A stretch of DNA of 64,000 nt from Candidatus Sulfomarinibacteraceae bacterium (lineage in GTDB: Bacteria; Acidobacteriota; Thermoanaerobaculia; Thermoanaerobaculales; Sulfomarinibacteraceae), in assembly GCA_963796455.1 (NCBI GenBank), contig CAWCLO010000010.1, forward strand, positions 576,001 to 640,000, in the 5' to 3' direction. Below the pieces are notes generated by a model, which saw only the letters and a list, made by a program, of their open reading frames with translations, searched no databases and was not told the origin of the DNA. A program made the position numbers and the translations under genes. Position 1 is the first letter of the stretch, and every line of letters starts with the position of its first letter. Of this stretch, positions 34,080 through 44,158 are shown in pieces.

Positions 34080-35087
34080 TCAACGACGAGAGCTGAAGAG
34101 TCGTGCCACCGCCCGGTTGTGTTCTCCAAGAGTCTTGGAGAAAGCGTGACCGCCACCGGGTTTGGCAACAAAATAAAGATAGGACGTCGTATCGGGGTTC
34201 AGTGCTGCGGCGAGTGACGCGCGCCCCGGGGAATTGATTGGCCCCGGGGGGAGACCCGCGTAGCGGTAGGTGTTGTAGGGATCGTCGAACTCCCAATGGA
34301 CCCGGAGGAGTCGTCCCGACCACTGATCGTGGCGTTTCAACGCAAAGACCACGGTCGGGTCGCATTGCAGGAGCATGCCGCGGCGGAGACGATTTGCAAA
34401 GACCCCGGCAATCCGCCCGCGCTCCTCTTCGAGGGAGGTCTCGGCCTCGACCAGTGACGCCAGTGTCGTGATCTCCAATGCCGAGGCCCATAGATCGGTC
34501 CGGCCTCCGCTTTCCTCTCGCCACACTTCGGAGAACTGGTCCACCAGATGGCGGGCAACGGTCTCTGCCGGCACACCCACTGCAAAGCGATAGGTGTCAG
34601 GAAAGAAGAATCCTTCGAGCGACGGGGCTTCGGGAGCAATCGCAGCAACCCATTCGACGCGGTCAACCAGAGAGTCCCATTCGGCATCGCTTCCCACACC
34701 CAGATCGATGAACTGCTGTTTGATGGTTTCGGTGTCGGTGCCCTCGACGATTGTGACCGAGAACATCTCGACCTCGCCGTCGAGGATCCGTTCCAGCACA
34801 TCGACGGGCCGCACCGGTGCGCTAAAAACAAATCTCCCATAATGAATCGCTCGACCTCGCGCCCACCCACGAAGGTAGATGCGGCCGGCCATGGCCGAGG
34901 GAAGCAACTCGAGATCTTCGAGTTCGGACAATACTTGACGCGCCGATTGTCCTGGAGAAATCTCGATCTCGGCAGCCGTGGTCGAATGCGAACCCCAGAG
35001 AGCCTGATACCACCAACCGCCGACCGCTGCTGCGCCAAGCAGCGTCAGAACGGTGCCGACGATCACAACCCGAAACAGCGTCTTCAC
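34080..35087 (-). CDS. mltG: Endolytic transglycosylase MltG
   Basis: TIVEG, LEGFFFPDTY, LASLVEAE, LQCDPTV, PYNTY, GLPPGPINSPG, LYFVA. Confidence 0.95.
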   Translation of the reverse strand: MKTLFRVVIVGTVLTLLGAAAVGGWWYQALWGSHSTTAAEIEISPGQSARQVLSELEDLELLPSAMAGRIYLRGWARGRAIHYGRFVFSAPVRPVDVLERILDGEVEMFSVTIVEGTDTETIKQQFIDLGVGSDAEWDSLVDRVEWVAAIAPEAPSLEGFFFPDTYRFAVGVPAETVARHLVDQFSEVWREESGGRTDLWASALEITTLASLVEAETSLEEERGRIAGVFANRLRRGMLLQCDPTVVFALKRHDQWSGRLLRVHWEFDDPYNTYRYAGLPPGPINSPGRASLAAALNPDTTSYLYFVAKPGGGHAFSKTLGEHNRAVARLFSSRR

Positions 35088-35091
35088 GGTT

Positions 35092-35511
35092 TCAACACTC
35101 CGCCTTCGATCGGCGATCGAGGCCAGCGAAATACTCCTCGAGGAGGACCTGCGCTGCGATGTCGTCCACGGGCTTGTCGCTTGCTCTTCCGCAATCGCGG
35201 GCCCGTCGACGGGCCTCGTTCGTGGAGAGGAACTCGTTCTGGAGAACCGTCTCGACTCCGAGACCACAAAGGGTTTCGCATAGACGGAGGCTGCGACGCC
35301 CAGCATCACCCACCGAACCATCGGCACGGGCCGGCAACCCGAGCACGACGCAGCCGGCGTCATAGTCAGTCGCCGCGTCGGCGATTCGCCGGGCGGCCGC
35401 TTCCACACCCTCGTAGGGCACAACTTTCAAGGGAGAGACAACTCCGGTTTTCGGGTCGCCCACGGCCAGCCCCATCCTCCGACCTCCAGGATCCACCCCC
35501 AGGTATCGCAT
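35092..35511 (-). CDS. ruvX: Pre-16S rRNA nuclease / RuvX (YqgF)
   Basis: MRYLGVDPGGRRMGLAVGD, VLGLP, NEFLST, VDDIAAQVLL; true start ATG 35511. Confidence 0.92.
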   Translation of the reverse strand: MRYLGVDPGGRRMGLAVGDPKTGVVSPLKVVPYEGVEAAARRIADAATDYDAGCVVLGLPARADGSVGDAGRRSLRLCETLCGLGVETVLQNEFLSTNEARRRARDCGRASDKPVDDIAAQVLLEEYFAGLDRRSKAEC

Positions 35512-35532
35512 CGGCCCATTGTACGGGGGCGG

Positions 35533-35604
35533 AGGGGAAAGGGGGAAAGGGGGAAAGGGGGAAAGGGGGAAAGGGGGAAAGGGAGAGAGGGAGAGAGGGA
35601 GATG
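35533..35604 (+). repeat. Purine-rich octamer array (GGGGGAAA)x5 grading into GGGAGAGA
   Basis: AGGGGAAA + 5 perfect GGGGGAAA (35541-35580) + GGGAGAGA x2 + GGGAGATG. Confidence 0.95.
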
Positions 35605-35694
35605 GGGCGGAAAAGGGGCGCGGTCGAGATCCGGGCGCGGCTTCTCGGCATAACGGATACAATGCGAACGGTCGGAGAGCTCGGCAGGAGGATC

Positions 35695-37827
35695 ATGAAC
35701 CACCGTCAGAACCCCATCACGAATGCCCGTTGCTGGGCTTTGCTCGTGGTAATGGTGCTGATGCTGCTGGCTGGTCGGGTCGCCGCCCAGGAGACCGAGG
35801 AGCGGGTCTTTCTTCGCGCCGACAATCAAAGCGCCACCGGCGAGACCTGGACCGGTGAAGGCAACGTGCACATTGTCTACCAGGATATCGAGATCCACTG
35901 CGATAAAGCGGAATACGACCGCTCCACCGGAGAGGTCGTCGTTCGCGGCAACGTCATCGTCGATCGCGGCCCGAGCCGCTTCACGGCCAATCTGGCTCAT
36001 TTCAATCTGGAGAGCAAGACCGGCGTTTTTTATGACGCATCGGCCTTTGTCGATCCGATGTACACCTTCAGCGGGCAAGAGATCGAAAAGATCGACGAAA
36101 CCCGATTCCGGCTCGAACGGGCCAGTTTCACCACCTGCGACATCGTCGACAAAAACCCTCCATGGAGCTTTCATTTCCGGAAGGCTCTGGTCAAAAAGGA
36201 GGGATTGGGACGATTCACCAGTACCGCGATGAAGATCCAGGGTGTGCCGGTTTTCTACATGCCGTACATGGTATGGCCGGTGAAACAGGAACGGGCGCTC
36301 GGTTTGCTCATGCCCCGCCTCGGCTACTCCAACCGGCGGGGCTTCAATATCGGTCTCCCTCTCTTTGTGCCTCTCGGTAGGAGTTATGACACGACGATCT
36401 TTGCCGACTACTACACCAAGGATTTCTTTGGTCTCGGAAACTCCTGGCGGTGGGCCCCGGTTGAAGGTGCCCGCGGCGAAATCGACCTCTACGGAGTTTG
36501 GGACCGTCCCAACGACGAGTTTCAGTGGCGGGTCCTGGGTTTTCACAAACAGGAGGACTTTCTCGGGTTTCAACTTCTGGCCCAGGTCGAGAATCTTTCG
36601 GACATCGATTTCTGGCAGGATTTCGACCGCACCTTCGACGCCACGACCCGCCGTGATCTTTATTCATTCCTTTACCTCACACGATCCTTCGGGCCCTATG
36701 CACTCAACCTCAGGGTCGACCACCGAAAGACCTTTCTGACCACCACCGATGTGGTGCTCAGCCAGATTCCCGAAGTCGAATTGCGGTCGGGCTCGACGGC
36801 GATCGCGGGCTCGCAGGTTTATCTCAATCTGATCGGTTCGCTCAACTATCTCTCCTCCGATCGTGGTGGTGACCTCAAAGGCCGCTATGGGAGAGCGGAC
36901 CTCTTTCCGACCGTGTCGTACACCTTGCCCGGGCCGACGTGGTTTTCAATCACACCCCGCCTTGGCGGCCGATTCACCTACTACACGGAACAGCTGACCG
37001 AAGACCGCAGATCCTTCGAAGATGATCCCCTCGGGCGCATCTATGCCACCGGGGCGGTGGACATCGTCGGCCCGTCGTTTTCAAGGGTTTTCGAAGGTGG
37101 CCTTGGAAGGTACGAAAAGGTCAAACACCTCATCGAGCCTCGGTTCGAGTATCGCTACCTCACGACCACCACCGATGTCAGCCGGATCCCGATCTTCGAC
37201 GAGGTCGATTCGACCCCGCGGGATGCCAATTTCATCCGGATGATTCTCGCCAACCGTCTCCTCGGCCGCTCCTCGGGCGGAGCCGGGACCCGAGAACTCG
37301 GATCGCTCGAGTTCAGCCAGGACTACTCCTTCGACCAGCCTCTCAATTTTGGCGAAGGCGGACAGACCAGCCGGCTTGGTCCCTTCGGGGCGTCCCTGCG
37401 GTTGACGCCGACCATGGGCACCGGCTTCGATGCCCGGGTCTTCTACGACCTCCTTACCAATAACTTCAGGTCGTTTTCTTTGGCCGCATCGGTACAGGAA
37501 CGCCTCGGCATGCTCAACCTGACCTGGTACGAGAGCTACAACCCGCGCAACGGGCAGCGCACTTCGTCCCAGGTGCGCAGTCTTATCGGTTTTCGCAAGG
37601 CCGGTTTCCCGCTCGACGTCACGGTGCAGCTCGCCTACGATATTGTCCGCTCCGAACTCGGAGACCAGCGCTACCGGATGGGGTGGCAGGGCAAGTGTTG
37701 GAACATCTCGGCTGAATACCGCGACACACGAATCGGCGCCTTTCCGACCCGCGAGTTTCTGATCGTGATCGGTCTCAAGGGCGTCGGTTCGTTGCCCGAG
37801 ATCAAGGGGAGCCTCGGCGGGTATTAG
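35695..37827 (+). CDS. lptD: LPS-assembly outer-membrane protein LptD
   Basis: Signal peptide, OstA-like GNVHIVY..D, FTTC, PVFYMPY, GLLMP, KHLIEP, beta-barrel alternation; SD AGGAGG. Confidence 0.88.
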   Translation: MNHRQNPITNARCWALLVVMVLMLLAGRVAAQETEERVFLRADNQSATGETWTGEGNVHIVYQDIEIHCDKAEYDRSTGEVVVRGNVIVDRGPSRFTANLAHFNLESKTGVFYDASAFVDPMYTFSGQEIEKIDETRFRLERASFTTCDIVDKNPPWSFHFRKALVKKEGLGRFTSTAMKIQGVPVFYMPYMVWPVKQERALGLLMPRLGYSNRRGFNIGLPLFVPLGRSYDTTIFADYYTKDFFGLGNSWRWAPVEGARGEIDLYGVWDRPNDEFQWRVLGFHKQEDFLGFQLLAQVENLSDIDFWQDFDRTFDATTRRDLYSFLYLTRSFGPYALNLRVDHRKTFLTTTDVVLSQIPEVELRSGSTAIAGSQVYLNLIGSLNYLSSDRGGDLKGRYGRADLFPTVSYTLPGPTWFSITPRLGGRFTYYTEQLTEDRRSFEDDPLGRIYATGAVDIVGPSFSRVFEGGLGRYEKVKHLIEPRFEYRYLTTTTDVSRIPIFDEVDSTPRDANFIRMILANRLLGRSSGGAGTRELGSLEFSQDYSFDQPLNFGEGGQTSRLGPFGASLRLTPTMGTGFDARVFYDLLTNNFRSFSLAASVQERLGMLNLTWYESYNPRNGQRTSSQVRSLIGFRKAGFPLDVTVQLAYDIVRSELGDQRYRMGWQGKCWNISAEYRDTRIGAFPTREFLIVIGLKGVGSLPEIKGSLGGY

Positions 37828-37835
37828 GGCCCTTT

Positions 37836-37954
37836 GAGAAAGGGAGAAAGGGAGAAAGGGAGAAAGGGAGAAAGGGAGAAAGGGAGAAACCCGTGGCTCC
37901 TCGAATCTCGATGGCTCGTTCTCCCTTTCCCCCATGCGCCCCTTCACCCTTTCC
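37836..37954 (+). repeat. (GAGAAAGG)x6.75 array (37836-37889) plus degenerate inverted octamer arm (37919-37954)
   Basis: Inverted arm reads TTCTCCCT TTCCCCCA TGCGCCCC TTCACCCT TTCC. Confidence 0.9.
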
Positions 37955-38001
37955 TGAGCAGGAAGATCGCGGAATTTTTTCGGTAGAAAGAAAAGGTGGG
38001 T

Positions 38002-38089
38002 TGGCGGAGGGAGTGGGATTCGAACCCACGGAGGCGTGAACCTCACCGGTTTTCAAGACCGGCGCCTTCGACCACTCGGCCATCCCTCC
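38002..38089 (-). tRNA. tRNA-Ser(TGA)
   Basis: GGAGGGA...CCGGT-CT-TGA-AA-ACCGG...GTTCGAATC...TCCCTCCGCCA; long variable arm. Confidence 0.97.
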
Positions 38090-38203
38090 CCCGGTTCCCT
38101 ACTTTATACCGAATCAACCCGCGCCCGTGCCCGATTTTGCCGAGAGTTTTCGAGAAAGAAGCAGAATGGAGCGTGGAGTTTCTCCGCAGAGCGGTCTCAA
38201 CTG

Positions 38204-38232
38204 TTTACAGCTACCCGCCCTCCACGTACAAT
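38204..38232 (+). promoter_or_regulatory. Promoter of tRNA-Ser(GCT)
   Basis: TTTACA-N17-TACAAT. Confidence 0.65.
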
Positions 38233-38246
38233 ACCTCTCCCGGTGC

Positions 38247-38338
<92 letters not shown>

Positions 38339-38348
38339 GGAGTTTTTT

Positions 38349-38378
38349 GCCGCCCTCGCCACCGATGGCGGTTTTTTT
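38349..38378 (+). terminator. Intrinsic terminator between tRNA-Ser and gltX
   Basis: CCGCC..TCG/CGA..GGCGG hairpin followed by T7. Confidence 0.6.
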
Positions 38379-38401
38379 AACATCATCGTTTTGGGAGAAC
38401 C

Positions 38402-39856
38402 ATGACTGATCTGGTGAGAACCCGCATCGCCCCGAGCCCGACCGGGGACCCGCACGTCGGCACCGCCTATGTCGCCCTTTTCAATTACGCGCTGGCGCGT
38501 CAATCCGGCGGGGCCTTTGTCTTGCGGATCGAGGACACGGACCGCCAACGCAGCACGCCCGAAAGCGAGGCGATGATCCTCGAGGCCCTGTCGTGGCTCG
38601 GTCTCGAGTGGAACGAGGGGCCGGATATCGGCGGGCCGCACGGGCCCTATCGTCAGAGCGAACGCACAGAGATCTATCGTGAACACGTCGAACAGCTGGT
38701 GTCTTCGGGCGCCGCCTATCCTTGTTTCTGCACCCGCGAGCGCCTCGATGCCCTGCGGGCGGAGCAAAAGGCGGCCAAGACGCAGTTTGGATACGACGGC
38801 CTCTGCCGCTCGCTCGACGCCTCTGAAGCAAAGAATCGTTGCGAGAATGGTGAAGACCATGTCATTCGTCTGAAGATGCCGACCGAGGGCGAGACCATCG
38901 GGGTCGATCTTCTGCGCGGTGAGATCGCCATCGCCAACGCCCAGGTCGATGACCAGATCCTGCTGAAATCCGATGGCAACCCGACCTATCACCTCGCCAA
39001 CGTCGTCGATGACCATCTGATGGAGATCACCCACGTCATTCGAGCTGAAGAGTGGATTTCATCACTTCCCAAACATGTTCAGCTCTATCGGGCCTTTGGC
39101 TGGGAGCTTCCGGTCTTCTGTCATCTGCCGCTTCTGCGGAACGCCGACAAATCCAAGATTTCGAAGCGAAAAAACCCGGTCAGTCTTTCCCACTATAGGC
39201 AAGCCGGTTTTTTGGCCGAGGCGCTGCTCAACTATCTCGCCCTGATGGGTTGGACGATGCCCGACGAGCGCGACCAGTTCACCCTCGCGGAATTTGTCGA
39301 GAATTTCAAGCTCGAAGACATCAGCCTCGGCGGGCCGGTCTTCGATCAGGAGAAGCTGCGCTGGCTCAACGGCCGGTATATCCGCGACCTCGATGTCGGC
39401 GGTCTTTTTGACCGTCTGCAGCAGGTGCCCTTTTCGGATGAATATTTCCTGAGCATCCTTCCCCTGGTCCAGGAACGAATCGATACCTTGGCGGACTTCG
39501 CATCCTATGCCGGGTTCTTCTTTGTCAGCGACGTCGAGTACGAGGCGGCGGTGCTGCCAAAGATGGTGGCCAAGAACCACACCCCACCCCAGACTGCCAA
39601 GGCATTCCGGTTGCTGCTCGAGGAGGAGCTCGATTTGATCCTCGATTGGAACGCGGAGAGTGTCGAGGCGGCGCTGCGCGCCTTTTGTGAGGGCCACGAC
39701 TGGTCCCCCAAGGAGCTCTTCATGCCGGTGCGGATCGCCCTCACCGGGCGGACGGCCACGCCGCCATTGTTCGAAACGATGGCGGTCCTCGGCAAAGAGC
39801 GTTGCCGCTGGCGCTTGCGGCAGGCAATCGAGATGCTGCGAACGATGAAGGTGTAA
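38402..39856 (+). CDS. gltX: Glutamate--tRNA ligase
   Basis: [37 protein letters not shown]. Confidence 0.97.
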   Translation: MTDLVRTRIAPSPTGDPHVGTAYVALFNYALARQSGGAFVLRIEDTDRQRSTPESEAMILEALSWLGLEWNEGPDIGGPHGPYRQSERTEIYREHVEQLVSSGAAYPCFCTRERLDALRAEQKAAKTQFGYDGLCRSLDASEAKNRCENGEDHVIRLKMPTEGETIGVDLLRGEIAIANAQVDDQILLKSDGNPTYHLANVVDDHLMEITHVIRAEEWISSLPKHVQLYRAFGWELPVFCHLPLLRNADKSKISKRKNPVSLSHYRQAGFLAEALLNYLALMGWTMPDERDQFTLAEFVENFKLEDISLGGPVFDQEKLRWLNGRYIRDLDVGGLFDRLQQVPFSDEYFLSILPLVQERIDTLADFASYAGFFFVSDVEYEAAVLPKMVAKNHTPPQTAKAFRLLLEEELDLILDWNAESVEAALRAFCEGHDWSPKELFMPVRIALTGRTATPPLFETMAVLGKERCRWRLRQAIEMLRTMKV

Positions 39857-39858
39857 AC

Positions 39859-41544
39859 ATGAATGAAACCAACGACACCGATAGGCAGGACTTCATCCGC
39901 GAGATCATCCGCGAGGATCTTTCGAGCGGCAAGCACGAGACGATCACCACCCGCTTCCCGCCGGAACCCAACGGATACCTCCACATCGGCCACGCCAAGG
40001 CGATCTGCCTCAATTTCGGGATCGCAAAGGAGTTCTCGGGTCGTTGCCACCTCCGATTCGACGACACCAACCCGATCAAGGAGGAGCACGAGTACATCGA
40101 GGCCATCAAGAAGGATCTGAGCTGGCTCGGATTCGATTGGGGCGAGTACCTGTTTCACGCATCGGACTACTTCGAGACCTTGTACGAATGGGCCGAGCAC
40201 CTGATCACAAACGGTGCTGCCTATGTCGACGATCTCTCGGCGGAAGAGATCCGATCCAATCGCGGCACCCTCACCGAGCCGGGCACCGACAGCCCCTTTC
40301 GCAACCGTACCGTCGATGAGAATCTGGAGTTCTTTCGCGCCATGCGACGGGGCGAATACCCCGATGGTGCAAGGGTCCTTCGCGCCAAGATCGACATGGC
40401 CTCGGGCAATATCAATCTCCGCGACCCCGTGCTTTATCGGATTCTGCACGCCGAGCATCCGCGGACCGGCGACTCCTGGTGCATCTACCCGACCTATGAC
40501 TACGCCCACGGGCAGTCGGATGCCATCGAGCGCATCACCCACAGCCTGTGCACCCTCGAGTTCGAGGCCCACCGGCCGCTCTATGACTGGCTGCTCGACC
40601 ACCTCCCCGTGCCCTCTCACCCGCGTCAGATCGAGTTTGCGCGCTTCAATCTCTCCTATACCGTTTTATCGAAGCGCAAACTCCTGCTCCTGGTCAACGG
40701 CGGCCACGTCACCGGCTGGAATGACCCGCGGATGCCCACCCTGTCGGGGCTCCGGCGGCGTGGTTTTCCACCGGCTTCGATCCGCGAGTGTGTCGACCGT
40801 GTCGGTGTGGCCAAGCGGGACAGCGTGGTCGATCTCGCCTTCTTGGAACACTGCGTCCGGGCCGAACTCAACCAGACGGCTGAACGGAGAATGGGTGTTC
40901 TCCGACCGCTCAAGATCGTGATCGAAAACTACCCCGAAGGCCAGTCCGAGGAGCTTCCGGCGGTCAACAATCCCGAGGACGAAACAGCTGGGACCCGGCT
41001 GGTGCCATTTTCGCGTGAGCTCTTTATCGAGCGGGATGATTTCATGGAAGACCCACCAAAGAAGTTTTTCCGCCTCGCCCCCGGGCGCGAGGTCCGATTG
41101 CGCTACGCCTACTTCATCACCTGTCGTGAGGTCGTGAAGAATGCCGACGGCGAGATCGTCGAGCTCCGATGCACCTATGACCCGGAGACCCGTGGTGGTG
41201 ATTCCCCGGATGGGCGGAAGGTCAAAGCCACGCTGCACTGGGTCTCGGCAAAACACGCGGTGGCGGCAGAGGTCCGGCTTTACGACCACCTCTTCAACCG
41301 TCCGGACCCGGGCCGCGATGGTGATTTCCTCGACGACATCAATCCCGACTCCCTCGAAGTCATTGCTGATGCCCGGCTCGAACCCGCCCTGGCCGATGTG
41401 CCTGTTGGCGGGACGATCCAGTTCGAGCGGCTCGGTTACTTCTGCAAGGATCCCGATTCGACTGAAGGTCAGCCGGTTTTCAACCGCACCATCACCCTCC
41501 GTGATACCTGGGCGAAGATGCAGGCGAAGGGCAAGGGAAAGTAG
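39859..41544 (+). CDS. glnS: Glutamine--tRNA ligase
   Basis: [49 protein letters not shown]. Confidence 0.97.
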   Translation: MNETNDTDRQDFIREIIREDLSSGKHETITTRFPPEPNGYLHIGHAKAICLNFGIAKEFSGRCHLRFDDTNPIKEEHEYIEAIKKDLSWLGFDWGEYLFHASDYFETLYEWAEHLITNGAAYVDDLSAEEIRSNRGTLTEPGTDSPFRNRTVDENLEFFRAMRRGEYPDGARVLRAKIDMASGNINLRDPVLYRILHAEHPRTGDSWCIYPTYDYAHGQSDAIERITHSLCTLEFEAHRPLYDWLLDHLPVPSHPRQIEFARFNLSYTVLSKRKLLLLVNGGHVTGWNDPRMPTLSGLRRRGFPPASIRECVDRVGVAKRDSVVDLAFLEHCVRAELNQTAERRMGVLRPLKIVIENYPEGQSEELPAVNNPEDETAGTRLVPFSRELFIERDDFMEDPPKKFFRLAPGREVRLRYAYFITCREVVKNADGEIVELRCTYDPETRGGDSPDGRKVKATLHWVSAKHAVAAEVRLYDHLFNRPDPGRDGDFLDDINPDSLEVIADARLEPALADVPVGGTIQFERLGYFCKDPDSTEGQPVFNRTITLRDTWAKMQAKGKGK

Positions 41545-41556
41545 GGCATCTTTGGA

Positions 41557-41593
41557 GAATTAGGAATTAGGAATTAGGAATTAGGAATTAGGA
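41557..41593 (+). repeat. Tandem heptamer (GAATTAG)x5.3
   Basis: Direct count. Confidence 0.95.
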
Positions 41594-41634
41594 CCAGCCC
41601 CGCCCATTTTGATTTGGGCAGAGGCTGGAAATCC

Positions 41635-41662
41635 AAAAGCCCCCGATGTCTCGGGGGCTTTT
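41635..41662. terminator. Bidirectional terminator between glnS and tRNA-Leu
   Basis: AAAAGCCCCCGA-TGTC-TCGGGGGCTTTT. Confidence 0.9.
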
Positions 41663-41668
41663 GAAAAA

Positions 41669-41753
41669 TGGTGCCGAAGGCCGGAATCGAACCGGCACGG
41701 ATCACTCCACACGGCCCTCAACCGTGCGCGTCTACCAATTCCGCCACTTCGGC
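41669..41753 (-). tRNA. tRNA-Leu(GAG)
   Basis: GCCGAAGTGGCGGAATTGGTAGACGC-G-CACGG-TT-GAG-GG-CCGTG...CTTCGGCACCA; usual secG-tRNA-Leu linkage. Confidence 0.97.
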
Positions 41754-41796
41754 ACGAAGCGATTCTCGTCTCATACCCACCACCTGAGGGAACACC

Positions 41797-42210
41797 TCAG
41801 CCGTTCTCATCGGCTGGGGGTGGTACGTCTTCGATCTCGCCGGCAGCTTCTTCGCCGGCGGTTGCTTCATCGAGCGCTGGTGTCGTTTCTTCGGTCGCGA
41901 TCGGTTCTGCCACGTCTGCGGGCTGAGTCGTCGCCTCCGCAGGAACTGCGGGCGCGACACTCTCCATCACGGAGCTTCGCTGCTTGCCCGAAAGAATCGT
42001 CAGGGCAAGACAGAGCAGCACGAAGAGTATGAAGGCCCCCGTGGTCATGCGATGCATGATGTTGGTGTTGGTGCGGGGCCCAAAGGAGGTTTGCGATCCA
42101 CCACCGCCAAAAGCGCCGGCAAGATCCGCGCCCTTGCCCTGCTGGAGCAAGACCACCATGATCAGGAACAAACACACCAGAATGTACACGATAACGAGTA
42201 GAACAGTCAC
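41797..42210 (-). CDS. secG: Preprotein translocase subunit SecG with extended acidic tail
   Basis: VLLQQGKGADLAGAFGGGGSQTSFG between two TMs. Confidence 0.95.
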   Translation of the reverse strand: MTVLLVIVYILVCLFLIMVVLLQQGKGADLAGAFGGGGSQTSFGPRTNTNIMHRMTTGAFILFVLLCLALTILSGKQRSSVMESVAPAVPAEATTQPADVAEPIATEETTPALDEATAGEEAAGEIEDVPPPADENG

Positions 42211-42971
42211 AAGTCGTCTCCATCGGCGCAGTCCGCCGCAGCGCGGATGATAGCGGAAAATGATCTCACGTCAAGGCTCGCCCCGCCAATCAGCCCACCA
42301 TCCACGTCTGCGAGAGCCAATAATTCGTGTGCATTCGCGGGTTTGAGGCTGCCCCCGTAGAGGATTCGCAGGCCCTCGGCGGCATCGCCGCCAAACAATG
42401 CGGCCATTCGCAGGCGGAGGAACGCGTGCGCCTCCTGAGCCTGCGCCGCGCTGGCGGTGCGGCCGGTTCCGATCGCCCACACCGGCTCATAAGCTAAGAC
42501 GAGATGATTCGGATCGAGTGCGCCGAGGTCCGCCGTTTGCCGTTCCAATACCGCAAAGGTCGCACCCTCATCCCGTTCCTCGAGACTTTCGCCGATGCAG
42601 TAGATGACCTCGAGACCGGCCGTCTGCGCTGCGCGGGCGCGATCGAGGGCGCTTTGATCCGTTTCGCCGAAGAAGGTGCGCCGCTCCGAGTGGCCGACGA
42701 TGACCCAATCAACCCCGATTTCTCTCAGCATCGAGGGCGCCACCTCCGCGGTGAATGCGCCGGACGCTTCCCAGTGGGTGTTCTGGGCACCGAGTCCGAT
42801 GGCCGATCCGGTCAGAAGCATTGCCGCTGACGGCAGGGCGAGATAGGGAGGGCAGCAGACGGCGTCAACGCTCGCGGGGAGGTCTTCCGCCAGCAGGCCT
42901 TCGAGATAGGCCGAGGTCTCGGCCACAGTCTTGTGCATCTTCCAATTGCCGGCAATGAGCAGTCTTCGCAT
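42207..42971 (-). CDS. tpiA: Triosephosphate isomerase
   Basis: IAGNWKMH, GHSERR, AYEPVWAIGTG, GGLIGGASL. Confidence 0.98.
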   Translation of the reverse strand: MRRLLIAGNWKMHKTVAETSAYLEGLLAEDLPASVDAVCCPPYLALPSAAMLLTGSAIGLGAQNTHWEASGAFTAEVAPSMLREIGVDWVIVGHSERRTFFGETDQSALDRARAAQTAGLEVIYCIGESLEERDEGATFAVLERQTADLGALDPNHLVLAYEPVWAIGTGRTASAAQAQEAHAFLRLRMAALFGGDAAEGLRILYGGSLKPANAHELLALADVDGGLIGGASLDVRSFSAIIRAAADCADGDDL

Positions 42972-42973
42972 TC

Positions 42974-44158
42974 TCAACCCCCGTTTTCCAAGGCAGCAAG
43001 CGCCGGCATCGTCTCGCCGGTGATGAATTTCAAGGATGCGCCGCCACCGGTCGAAACGTGATCGATATCGGCGATCACCCCTGCGCGCCGGATGGCCATC
43101 ACCGATTCACCGCCGCCGACCACCGAAAAGGCATCACTGGCCGCGAGGGCTTCAGCCACCGCCAGCGTACCGGCGGAGAAGGCATCGATTTCGAAGACAC
43201 CCATCGGGCCGTTCCAGAAAACCGTCTTTGCCGAAGCCAGGGTCGCGGTGTATCGACTGCACGTCTTCGGCCCGATATCGACCACCATCAGATCGTCCGG
43301 CACCTCATCCGGTCTGACCACTTCGATGCGCTGTGGATCGTCGATGGAATCGGTCACCACGACATCCTCGGGGAGCTCGATCGTGACGCTGCGCTCCTCT
43401 GCCGATCGAAGCACCAATTGGGCCGTCTCGACCATCTCGTCCTCGACCAGCGAACGACCCGTTGCGAAGCCTTTGGCCCGGAAAAAGGTGTTGGCCATTC
43501 CGCCGCCGATGAGCAACGTCTGCACGCGACGGATCAGCGCCTCGAGAGGCTCGGTCTTGGTCGATACCTTGGCTCCACCAACCACCGCAACAAAGGGTTG
43601 TTCGGGTCGATCCACGACCCGGCCGAGCGCCGCGACCTCGCGCTCCATCAAATACCCCGCCGCCTTATGACCTCGAGCAAACAGGGCCGGCACGGCAACC
43701 ACCGAGGCGTGCGCCCGGTGTGCGGTGCCGAATGCATCGTTGACGTAGTGGGTGAAGCCATGCGCCAGGCGGGCCGCAAAATCGGAGTCGTTGGCTTTCT
43801 CGCCGGCGTAAAAGCGGAGGTTTTCGAGCAGCAGCAGCGACCCTTTCGGAGCATCGACGTTGCTCGAATCGAGACAATTCTTCACGAACTTTACTTCGTG
43901 ATCGAGAGCTGCCGCCAGTACCGGGGCGACTGGTTCAAGCGAGTATTTCGGGTCCGGCTCGCCCTTGGCCTTGCCGAGGTGGGAGCACGCCGCGACGACT
44001 CCACCGCGATCGAGCAACCACCGCAGGGTCGGAAGGGCAGCCACGATTCGGGTGTCATCCGCCACCCGGCCGTCCTTGATCGGCACATTGAGGTCGAGGC
44101 GGGCGAGAAACCTGGCACCGGCCACTGCCTCGAGATCGTCGAGAACGGGCAGGCTCAC
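42974..44158 (-). CDS. pgk: Phosphoglycerate kinase
   Basis: RLDLNVP, LLENLRF, NDAFGTAHRAHAS, WNGPMGVFE, STGGGASL; GTGA overlap with gap. Confidence 0.98.
   Translation of the reverse strand: MSLPVLDDLEAVAGARFLARLDLNVPIKDGRVADDTRIVAALPTLRWLLDRGGVVAACSHLGKAKGEPDPKYSLEPVAPVLAAALDHEVKFVKNCLDSSNVDAPKGSLLLLENLRFYAGEKANDSDFAARLAHGFTHYVNDAFGTAHRAHASVVAVPALFARGHKAAGYLMEREVAALGRVVDRPEQPFVAVVGGAKVSTKTEPLEALIRRVQTLLIGGGMANTFFRAKGFATGRSLVEDEMVETAQLVLRSAEERSVTIELPEDVVVTDSIDDPQRIEVVRPDEVPDDLMVVDIGPKTCSRYTATLASAKTVFWNGPMGVFEIDAFSAGTLAVAEALAASDAFSVVGGGESVMAIRRAGVIADIDHVSTGGGASLKFITGETMPALAALENGG

Noticed and set aside
35512..36573. N-terminal extension of the 493-aa ORF containing ruvX
   Set aside because: Antisense to lptD and runs through the octamer repeat; RuvX homology starts at ATG 35511.
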